This document shows positions 12,378 through 22,800 of a DNA stretch of 64,000 nucleotides, in pieces. The first letter of the stretch is position 1, and each line of letters starts with the position of its first letter. The translations under genes were made by a program, and so were the position numbers. Under the pieces are notes generated by a model. The model saw nothing but the letters and a program-made list of their open reading frames with translations, was not told the DNA's origin and did no database searches. This DNA is from Carpediemonas membranifera BICM (lineage: Eukaryota > Protista > Fornicata): positions 1,545,780 to 1,609,779 of the forward strand of contig JAHDYR010000012.1 of assembly GCA_019828565.1 (NCBI GenBank). The letters run 5' to 3'.

Positions 12378-13433
12378 AGCGCCGTTTGAAATCTGGGAGG
12401 CGTCCCAGATTTGATTTACATGTATACATGAGTTATATAATCTCAGGAGGACACCCACCGCGCAAGTTACAGACGCTGAGCACGCCTGTATAGCCAATAC
12501 TGGCCAAGGGACAGCCGTTCACGTATTCTCTCGCGCGTTTTATGCCGAGACGAGATCTCGAGGAAAAGGGGAAGAAAACACCTCCAAGAAGTGATAATGG
12601 ACAAAGTTTATACGAAGAACGTGGTTTTGATGTTGGTTATTCATGATGGAGCTCGTATTCTGGGCACAAGAAGTCCGAGCGGAGACGAAGAGAAGAAAAC
12701 TCCCGTATCTCGCCAAGGAAGCGGAATTGGAGCTAGTTAACTGCATTTTTGAAGCCTATGTAAGAAATAGCGGAAGAGGAGCACAAACCGCCAACTATTC
12801 CGAATCAAGCCGAATGCATGACATAACCTGCACGGTTTGATGCAATCAGACAGAACACTGGTATGTATCGACTACTAGGAGGGGCAGGATCCCCAGGTAA
12901 GATACCCATGACACAGCGCGCTTATTTAGTGGTACCACGAGTCTTTTCGAATCTGTAGAATCTTTGCGCAATCTAGAAAATCTTTAGAGAATTTCCGTGG
13001 GTGGACTCCACGCCGGGCGATGGCTTAGGACGCTATGTCGTCAGCCTAGTCAACGGATACTATCCGGCGTACACGCAAGTCCCGTGTGCGCGACGGTCAG
13101 CCCTCTAAGTTGAACTTAGTTGGCATCCCCGGATCACTGGTCATTCCCCAGCGATCGACGGTTATAGGGTCAGCACTCTTGGGCTGTTCCCCCATGACCT
13201 GATTAACAATGGTATCCTTTTCGTGATGCTCTTAACAGAGCATGGGGGGGAAGTGTCAGCCATTTATATATGAGATACGTATTTGATACGGTCTTGATCC
13301 GTCCAGCTCGACACCCTTGTGTCGAGCTCTCTTTGTAAAGTCTTTTTCCTTAGTGATCACAGCTCTAGCCCCACGTAATACCAGATGTTGGTTGTGGTGA
13401 TGGCCGCGCGACTGCTTGGCCATGGGGGGGAAG

Positions 13434-13510
13434 TGTAGTCAATATTAATATCTACCAATATCCCTGGGAGGGTCCAAACCTCTTTTTACTCGTAAACTCT
13501 TTCTCTTCCA
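13434..13510 (+). repeat. Putative 3' LTR of element B (~77 bp; right boundary uncertain, 13510-13517)
   Basis: Follows a PPT, starts with TG, ends ..GTAAACTCTTTCTCTTCCA like the other LTR ends, and truncates the A accessory ORF at EYDLEAIV. Confidence 0.65.
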
Positions 13511-14380
13511 AACCACAATGGCCTCGAGATCATACTCGCGCTCAGGGTCGGACGCCTGCAGACTGAGGCCGACCAGACAGGGAGGCAGAGCAGGCAGACC
13601 ATGGGCAAGGTTACGGGCGAGATAACCCCAGATCGCCGACACGTCGGCACCGCGAGAGGACGCGACATAGACGAGGCGGTAGTAGGCAGGGGCGAAGGTC
13701 ATAATGGTCAGACGGTGGAGAGACAAGCGAAGCTCAGTCTCGGAGACGCCAATCCGTCCGCCCATGAGGTAATTAATCAGTGCGGGGCTGACCAAACGGT
13801 GGGAGGCTCCAGTACCGGTGATGCTCATGTCGCCATCATAGGCGCGGGACATGATGTCACGATCAGAAGCCGGACCCAACTTGTAGTAGAGCGCGGTCGA
13901 CTTCAAGATTGAGTGGTCAATGCGCAGGTCGCGCACCTGTCGAGCCAGCGTTTTCAGAGGACCGACGTCAAACTGGGCGAACCCCCCAGTCTCAATGGCG
14001 TCAAACACCGACTGAAACGGGAAGTCCACCCAGTTGACGTAGTTGTTGACGTGCTCAGTGACGAACGGCGTGAGCACACCGTCGAACTCGGTGAACGGCG
14101 GTAACTCAAAACCCTCAAGGGGGACAGAAGACAACAGCTTCTCGCGCACGGCAGTCGTGATTGTGGCGCTATATCAGCGTTAGGTTGATGTTGTTACTTA
14201 CTTTTTGGCCGTTTTGCGGCTAGCGCGCTTACGGATCGCGCCAGAAGGAGCGGCAGCGGCAGAAGAAGCGGAAGGCAGCGTGGCCAGAAGATCCTGAAGC
14301 TCAGCGGGAGCAAGCTCCATGAGCTGCGAACGGATATCGGCAATAGATGACGCAGAAACCCTTTCCCCCGCTTTTGGCAT
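13511..14380 (-). pseudogene. Antisense accessory gene of element A (intron 14169-14201), cut by insertion of B
   Basis: Exon 1 MPKAGE..RKTAK, then a 33-nt intron GTAAGT..CTGATATAG containing the in-frame TAA. Exon 2 is in frame with ORF 13445-14149. YVNWVDFPFQSVFDAIETG and APAYYRL..SDPEREY match the B protein. Confidence 0.85.
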
Positions 14381-15019
14381 GCGAAAAGCGAAATGCCAAA
14401 TCTGACAATTTAGTTCCGCGTCGAAACTCCCCCAAAATGCTGCCAAACAACGTCATATAACCTCCATTTATCCCCTTATTACCTATTTTGATGTTGTTAT
14501 TATTATTGGTGCAGGCACCAGATGACGGCAATGGCTGTGAAGAAAAAAGCACCAGAACTCGACAACGAAGCCTCGTTGAGGCCTCTAATGGCCATATTTC
14601 GACAGTACTATGTAATGAACGCGAAGAAGTCCCCATGTTGGGCAAAATACGAAACCGAAGGTCGTTTGACCCAAAGGTGCACCGTTTGATTGTTTCAAAC
14701 TGGTTTGTTTCATTTGACGGCCTATACTGGCCGTGGAGGGGCAGTGTCCCCGGTAAGGATCCATTTTACATCAGCGCGCTATTTATCCAGTGGTACCACA
14801 CAAAATATTTGAATCTCAGGAAAAGATTTGAGACATTGTCAGTGCGCGTAGCGACACCGACTAGAAGGTCAGACATAGCCCATCTCACTGCCAATGAGAT
14901 GGACTGCGGCGCGAGCGGCGTGGCAACCGTGAACAAAGCAGTTGACTCTTCGACAAATCCTCACTAGCCGTACAGTCACACCGCTTGAGGTCGTGCCCAT
15001 TTGGGCACTGAAGGGGCAG

Positions 15020-15122
15020 TGTAGTGGGTCTTACCCAATACTTACATAGTTTATGACTTATAGATTACACCATATTTGCAACCATTGGGTTTTCTCTTTA
15101 TTAAAGTTCTTTCCCTCCTCCA
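15020..15122 (+). repeat. Putative 3' LTR of outermost element A (~103 bp)
   Basis: PPT GAAGGGGCAG at 15010-15019, then TGTAGTGG..ATTAAAGTTCTTTCCCTCCTCCA. No partner LTR in the window. Confidence 0.6.
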
Positions 15123-15450
15123 GTAGGAGCACACGGCCTCGGTACAGGTCTCGACGGAGGCTTCATCGGTGCGGGTCTTGAGGAGTCTAATCATACTGTC
15201 AACATCCCTAGATTATCTTTGCTAAACCCTAGATTATCTTCGACCTCAAAAAGCTAGATAATCTACAATTTCTTGCTCAGAAATGAAGTATTCATTAAAT
15301 TTAAGCTATTTAGAGATAAACGAAGGTCTTCTTGAGAGTCCATATGATGTACGTAGAGCATGGAAAGAAGCTCTGGCTCTGACTCCTTGCCTGGTTTGAG
15401 CATTTCGCCGTGCAGGTTAAGACGAAACGATAAAATGGACAATAACAGAC

Positions 15451-15550
15451 AATCTAACAGGTAGATTCACTACGATAGTGATTATGTGAGTAGTTGAAAG
15501 GAGGTACATATGCGCATAATCACTTTCAGAGTGAATCTACCTGTTAGATT
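15451..15550. repeat. 100-bp hairpin / inverted repeat
   Basis: AATCTAACAGGTAGATTCACT and AGTGAATCTACCTGTTAGATT form a perfect 21-bp pair; inner AGTGATTATG / CATAATCACT adds 10 bp. Confidence 0.9.
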
Positions 15551-15929
15551 TTGAGATATGGTCGATTTCTTGTTTTTTGACTTGGCTAGAGTCGAATTGA
15601 AGAAAAGGAGAGGCTATTACTCAGGGAATATTGCTCGTCAAAGAAAAGCAAGCAAGGCCGCGAGGTATGGCCACCCGACCTACAAGATGGGCTGGGTGTC
15701 ATCGCGTAAGGACGACCGGTCGTGCACGGTCAACGCTGACAAAACTTAGCGATTCAGAGAAATAAATGGCACCACCGTATTCAGCGTAAGACAGTGAACT
15801 CAGCTATATGTTTTTTTCTCAGTATATTTACCCAGCGGCTGATCCCACAGTTTAAGGACGGGTAGCCTGCACTTTGCATGAAAAAATTATGCATGAACAC
15901 GACCAATTATCCAAAACACAGCATATACT

Positions 15930-16139
15930 ATGCAACAGGAGCTGGAAGCAGCTGCAACATCTATTCTAGGCCATTCCACAACCATTAAAAAGCAAGAAAT
16001 TGACGCAATAGAGGCCATTCAGTCCCATTACTTCATAGATTCACGCTTGAACGATATTACGAGCAGTATCAGGCGAGAAACAAGAAAGCTGAACGCGATT
16101 GGTGACTCCTTTCTCGCTGCGACATTTGCAGCATACTGA
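15930..16139 (+). pseudogene. RNase III-like N-terminal fragment
   Basis: ILGH...RETRKLNAIGDSFL resembles the RNase III signature (N)ERLEFLGDxxL. Truncated. Confidence 0.35.
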
Positions 16140-16408
16140 CAGCCACGACACGCCATTAAGCTTACGTCAGGGAGCGACATCGCCAAGCAAGTAAATAGAT
16201 CTGTATACGACCACCAGAGACGGACGTATGAGTCAGAACGGGGTGCTACCGGAATACGCAGGGTGTTTTGTGCCCTGTTGATTCCAGGAGCACGCTGTCC
16301 TGGGTCACACAGGATTATCACATAATCACTGAGCAATCGGGCTCATGGTACATAGTTTCATTGGATCTATCTTCATGAAAATATGTTTGAAAAGATTCAA
16401 TTGTATCT

Positions 16409-16670
16409 TTACTGCTCCGACTGTTGAACCACCGACTTGAAGTTCTCAAGGCAATCGTCACACAGACGGATCTTGGGAATATTCACGCCGTCAATGACGA
16501 CCTTCACGGCAGTGGTGCCCATACAGCCCTTGTTACCACAGAACCAGTGCCCACACATCCGACAATGATATACCGAGGTGTTCTTCTGGCATGAGCAAGT
16601 GAAGGGGAGGAAGATGATCGCGTCAATTGGAAACAGTCTCTACATGGCATTCCCTCCCCCCGTTCAGCCA
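16409..16670 (-). pseudogene. Degenerate FYVE-like zinc finger
   Basis: Manual translation gives (CRDC)..YHCRMCGHWFCGNKGC..IRLCDDC, with a stop/frameshift upstream. Confidence 0.5.
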
Positions 16671-17490
16671 CTTTTCAGAGTCGTTGCCTACCTACAAGAG
16701 CATTATTACTCTCACGAGGAGGCCACAGATGACATTATCACCTGGCATCGACTGACAGCGTTGCTTGTTCACCTCTTTTCACTGACAATGTGTCTGAGCA
16801 CGACCAGCACCGTGTCGGAGTCTATTCCAATCCGGCCGCCGTCTAAGGTAGCCAAGAAGGCTCCCTCCATCGACACACTTCATGGCTTAGCGCGAGTTGC
16901 TGTGTTGCCGGAGATTCAGTCAAAAATCCGAGTCCCACTTGGCTGGATCATTGAGGAGTCATTCGAGCGCGACTTTATTGGCAATCAGGACAGTAGAGTA
17001 CACTTAAGGCGCAACCAGATGGTCCTTGAGAACGATATTGAAGGAGCAGGTCGAGTTGTTTTACCGATTCCTCCGTGGCGTCGTCTCGTATGGGCGACAG
17101 TCAACAGACGTTCCCCACCAAATACGTCTGAAGAACAATGCGCGTCCATCGCTGCTGCAAGGACGCCAAACACTGGATCCGTATTCGGAGCGAGGGCACT
17201 GGAACATTGGACGAGGGAGACTGTCAGAAACTGTTACCTCTGTTTGAAGGTCAAGTGGATGGTCTATGGAAGAAGGTGTTGAGGCAGGTAGTGCTCGTGT
17301 TTGACGGGCCATGGTTGATTATTAAATGCACTGTTGGTAGCCTATTGAGGGATTTCGTCACTGTACTCGAATGCACAAGTGTGCATTTTATGCTCGCAAC
17401 GAGATTGAAATGGCGAACTTAAGACCCAAGACACATGCCGCGTACGAGGAAGGATATCATCTCCGGCGAACTGGAATTTACCTCGTTCAT

Positions 17491-18897
17491 TTACTTCTGA
17501 TGCTTTTCCTGCTCTCTCTTCTCCATCAGGTCGTCATACTCGGCCCTCGTCAGCCTCACAGTTGTCATCCCGGCATCACGGATGTGCTCAAAGGCTTCAA
17601 TGGGCAGCTTCGGTATCCCGTCCTCGCTGTCGCTGCTGCTGCCCAAGTCTGACTCGCTCTCGTGATAGCGGCGAAGGCGAATGCGTCTGCTGGGCTCCCT
17701 GGTCTTCATTGAGTCATAGAGCGGAGCGAGCCCACTTCCATTGGCCCCGCTCAGGACACCCTCATCGGTATCTCTCTCAGACATATCACACTCAACCTGT
17801 TGTGACAGAACAAATGACAGGTTGTCGACTAGGCTATCCTCGGCATCGCTGTCTGAACTCTCCTCATCCTCCCACTATCCTTCCAGCATCTCCAACCCGG
17901 CCTCATCGTCAGAATCGCCCTCCACCGCGGTCTCCGGCATCTCTGCCTCGCCAGCTGTCTCGTCAAACAGCGCCTCATCGTCAGACTCACCCTCCCCCGT
18001 GTCGCCCCCCTCGGGCTTACGCTGGTCGTGGAGCTGGACCATCCTCATCCTGAGCTTTTTGTAAAGCCATTCATCGAGCGTCGGCGGCACCAGGTCGGCA
18101 GAGCTTCGGATCTCCGGGTTGAGATCGAGGATCGTTGGGCGCCGCGTGGTCGTTAAGTGACTGGACGCCAACTGGTGCCTGAACTGCTCATCGGTCAGGC
18201 TGATTCGCTTGTCCTTAATGACCTTCTGAGGCTTCTCCTGCGGTCTGCCGCGGCGCTCTAGCGTGCCGATAGACTGCATCCTATCGGTGGACACGTCGAT
18301 CCGCTGCGACAAGCGAAGCATGCGAACCGTCAACCCCTGAACCTTGAGCGCCTCCGATACAGCACTGGCCTGCGGGAATCCCGATTTGAGCGTACCAAAG
18401 CCCATCCAGCTCGGGCACGAGGTAAGGTCTATCGCATCGGGGAGATTACCTTGGAGATACGAATACTCCCAGCCCGTCTGGTTGAGCAGAATGGCAATGG
18501 CGCCATACGGGCTGGGGAGACTCTCAACTGATGCAGGCGACACCTCTTCCTCCTCTTTCCAGGACAACGGCTTCGCGGGATGTGGCAAGTCGAAGTTCCG
18601 GAAAGACTGAACAGCCGAAACGATCCTCTTAGCCATAGCAGGCGTCTTTGTAGCGAAATAATGGGCCAAATAAGTCGTAACGTTGTCGCTTCGGACAATC
18701 TCGATGCCCTTCTGCATTTCAGCGCCTGTTTCCTGGCAAATGCTGGCCAAAACGTCCTCCAGGTGCTTCTTGTACACACTACGCGTCTTCACTGAAACTC
18801 TATCAGACCAGAGCTTAACAATATCGTCGTTATTTGCAGCTAGAACCTCCATATCACGAGTTTTCTGTTGGTATTGCAATTTCAGAATTTCGTACAT
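17491..18897 (-). pseudogene. Degenerate tyrosine-recombinase-like protein with acidic tail (in-frame TAG at 17875-17877)
   Basis: Core-binding-like S.KTRSVYKKHL..VTTYL..KRIVSAVQSF, box-I-like ILLNQTGWEYSYL, box-II-like TVRMLRLS. ORF 17491-17784 continues in the same frame after the TAG. Confidence 0.5.
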
Positions 18898-19856
18898 ACA
18901 AAATTATCAAATACTTGGATTCGACCTAAACTTGGCTCAGATCCGCAATCCTGAGCTGGAGTGGGTACACAACACTAAGAAACATCAATTGGCGGGCACA
19001 GAGCAGTATCTGAGCAACAATTATCCCTAAACAACATCAACAACTATAAGTCCACCAGGACCATACGATATGAACTATAAATGAACCACAGAGCAGTATA
19101 GATGATTTGAGAGTACCAGGCATGGCCAGAATACCGCAATACTCGTCCGTTGATCCACGTGACCTCCATCTTGGTCGGTATCCAGAGAACGCCCGTCAGA
19201 CGCTTGCAACATAACATTTAGGGGGGGCATCCTGAATGGGGCCAGATTTGAGGGACCCTTGGTCTGACATGCCATGACCGAATACTCTAGGGGCCTCCAC
19301 AGTGCGTCCCGATGTGCGTTGGAGCATGTAGACACGACACCTTGAAGACGCCTTAGCCTGCACCGCGCTCTGAGGCCGCCGACTCTTCTCCCAGGTGCTA
19401 TAAAGCCTATTAGCTCGAATATCGCTATGTTTTTCGCCCGATATTGGAGCTGATAGGCCTTATAGCACCTCAGAGGCACGGCTGTGAGCAGTTACCCGTC
19501 AATTTTCACCGATATGGGAAATCTCAGAAAGGGCTGAAAAGCTGTCAGAGCGTGCACCCAGCATGGCATAGGCGCGTACTGAGAGAGATCTGACCTGGCA
19601 TGTCCCGGCTTAAATGTTCTATACTATTTTATATTTCTGCTATACGGCCAAATGAGCGATATAGCATTCTGTTTCCTCGAAGACTGGCTTGATAATCACA
19701 GTGACAGTGCTATTCTCGCCTTGATGGAACAGTTCGCCAAGCTTAAGAAGCAACAAGCTAAGAGCGACCTCATGCGAGCGAGTTTGCTCAATGAGGATAA
19801 GATTCTTCATGCTGCGGTGAAACAACGTTTGTATACGGCAAATCCATTTACATAGG

Positions 19857-22800
19857 TGACGCATCACCTGATTAAAACGAATTCTCGAATACCCGTCGTT
19901 TACGCCACAGTGATTAATCACTCCCTATGGCTACGAAATTCGACGTAAGTTCCCTTCCACTGCTCAACTCCGCCGCGAAGGAATACAAGCGGGAACTTCC
20001 TCATGCAAGATTTCCTACATCGTTCCTTAGATGCCTAAGCATCAGCTCGCAGGAGTTCTTACGGGCCAATTGGAGACCCACCTCTGATTATAAGACCTTC
20101 GAGGACCTAGAAGACGATGTATGTCCCGATGCGGTAATCCGCAGCGCCATTAGGCGCGAGATGAAGCTCTCACTTCCCATCACGCCCCCAAGCACCTCCA
20201 CGCCACCCCCAAGCAGGCAGTAGCCCGTCTAACCGCCGCTCTCGAAGAAGACCTGTTTATGCTCGCTGAAGCGGCGGCCGCGGCCTTTCCTGAAGGCCCG
20301 ATGGCCGCGGCTGCACAGCGCCGCGCAGAAGCCGTATTCACGGCTGCAGTAGCCGAGATCGACCACAAAGCCCCGGTTTATGTGCCCCTCATCAACAAGT
20401 TCAACCCAGATGTCCCCTCCGCGACGACGAGTACGTCGCCGAGGTCAACGCAGCCCTGGCCCCACCCAAGCCGGCCGATGACGAGGCTGCCGCCACCAAC
20501 AACTCCGACACGTCCAGTGACGAGTCCGACTGGGACGACGTCACCGACATTCGCGCCTACCTCCATGACGAGGCCGACGACATCGTAGCCGCCTGCTCCG
20601 TCACACTCATGCCGTCCCTGGACGTCGGCGCGCGCATCAAGTCCATCAACCTTCCCGGTGCACTCTATGGCAAAGCATCCAAACATCGCTCAACTATTGC
20701 CGCTTTGCGCGAGTTCATCGATCTCGTGAACACTGATGCTTCTGCTCCTGCACTGCAAGCCATTCCTTGGAAGGTTCTCGCCGCAAGAGTCAGAGAGCTT
20801 GCACTTAAGGGATTCTCCGCCGAAGCAAAGGACTATTTCGACTCCTACATCATAGATGATGCAGAGGACATCGATGACGTCCTTGATAACCTTAGGGACC
20901 TCAAAGAGGACCACGACGGTTACATCGTCGTTCCTTGGAGAGCATTCCGCACCGGCCAGCCCCCGCAACCCCACGGTGAGCAAGCGACAGGCGGATCCCG
21001 CACACGCAAACCCATAGCCCGCAAGATCAGCGGCCCAGACCCGTATGTCCAGCTGAAAGACAAGGCGAACTACTACATCAACCCCACCTTCCGCCACTTC
21101 TGCGACTACCACGGATACAACTCGTCCCACGTCACTCAGGCGTGCCCTCATCTGAAGACACAGCGCAGTGCCGCCCCCCAACCATCGCGTCCTATTCAAC
21201 CAGCTGTAGTGGGTGCCAAGCCCAAGAAGGCCCCTGGCCACCACAACAACCCTGACCGACCTGCAACAACGACCACCCAAGCGCCCAAACGCAACGCGAG
21301 AGCCCCTAACCCAGCGGCAGGCTGGACGCGAAACAAGGAGACGAACCGGCTCGAGCGCCTCAGTCAATCCATCAACGAGGTCGACATAGACGCCGAGTCC
21401 GACACCGATGAGTCAATCGACGAAGTCGACACGTCAGCGCAGCGCGAAAACATCGGTAAGCCGATCTACCACGACATCCTCGTCAACGGCACGAGACTGC
21501 GGGCGAAGCTCGACCCGGCAGCCGCCAAGACCTGTATCTCGGAGGCCACGTTCGCCACGCTGAAGGAGGCCGGCCCGGTAATGATCACAAATCATGCTTA
21601 CACGCTGAAGATGGCCGACCAGCGACCTTGCGAGGACACCACCGCCGTCATAGCCGAGCTCGTTATCGACGGCATCGTACCAAACGCTGTCGAGCTGACG
21701 TGGACCGTACCAGTCATCTCCGGGGAGGCCCACAAGTTCCTGTTCGGGGCAGACCTCCTCCGGCACCTAGGCCTCATGTCGGACACGGGCATCAACATTC
21801 AGCTACCACCGTCAGCGGAGGACCCCGCCGACGATGTCACACCGGCCCAGAATCAATACATCGACGAGGTTGACTCGGAGACTGACGACCTGCCGGACGA
21901 CGTCTCGTCCTTCGCCACGCCAACCTTCGACATTGACCCCTCGTTCCCTCTACACGACGAGCTACTCGCTGTGCTCCAGGCCAACGCCGACGTCTTCGAC
22001 CCCAAGCTGCCTCTAGGCGGCGCCGACATCGCGGAAGCCACCATTGACCTGAAGCCGGACGCCATTCTGCCACAAGCCAACCCACGCGGCATCCGCGCCG
22101 ACTGGCTTCCCGAGATCAAGCGACAGCTCCATGAAATGTACGAAGCCCAGCTCATCCGCGACGCACACGGCCCAGTCTCTAGCCCGGCTGTGATTGTCCA
22201 GAAGAAGCCCGACGCGGACGGACGCCGCCCACTACGACTTTGCGCAGACTACAGGGCCCTCAACGAGGCAACTGTGACGGACGCTTTCCCCATGACAGAT
22301 ACCCGCACGCTCATCCAGGACCTCGTCGGCAGCAAGTACTTCTTCGGTCTAGACCTTCGCCAAGGGTTTCACCAGATGCCATTGAAGGATGCCCACCGTT
22401 ACCTGTCCGCGGTGCGGGTCCCGGGCGAGTTTTTCGAATATATGGTCGCCCCGTTTGGCCTAAAGAACCTCCCCGCACAATTCCAGCGGGCCATCGCCAA
22501 CGTCCTGCGCCCGGTATACTCAGAGGGCGTCAGGAACTACATAGACGACATCTTTGCTGGCGCGCCATCGCCCGAGGTACTCGTCATGCGCACCCAGCGC
22601 ACGCTCGCTCTACTCAGTGACAAGAACATCAGGCTGCGCGCCGAGAAGTGTCATTTTGGCTACCAGACTCTCGACTGTCTCGGCGAGATCGTCTCCGAAC
22701 ACGGTCGTCGCCCTCAGCCCTCACGCATTGACACGATCAAGAGCCTCCCACGCCCGACGACCACGCACGAGGTACGTCAGATCCTCGGCCACATCAACTA

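Larger units (their letters stand above)
6927..13361 (+). mobile_element. Full-length Ty3/gypsy chromodomain LTR retrotransposon E3 with antisense accessory gene
   Basis: Identical 108-bp LTRs at 6927-7034 and 13254-13361. TSD GCTC at 6923-6926 and 13362-13365. PPT GGGGGGGAAG at 13244-13253. Confidence 0.96.
1..13510 (+). mobile_element. Ty3/gypsy chromodomain LTR retrotransposon 'B' (5' part outside the window), with E2 and E3 nested inside it
   Basis: Integrase-chromodomain ORF to 1035, then a convergent antisense gene, a 3' region, PPT GGGGGGGAAG at 13424-13433 and a TG..CA LTR at 13434-~13510. Removing E2 and E3 at their TSDs gives a continuous element. Confidence 0.7.

Noticed and set aside
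15123-15192. Possible integrase fragment (LKTRTDEASVETC) flanking the A LTR
   Set aside because: Too short to support a call.
19857-19922. Tf1-type self-priming (PBS pairing with the LTR 5' region)
   Set aside because: Only E4 shows a 7-nt match (TGATTAA) in its LTR. I found no comparable match in the other elements, whereas the palindrome is general.
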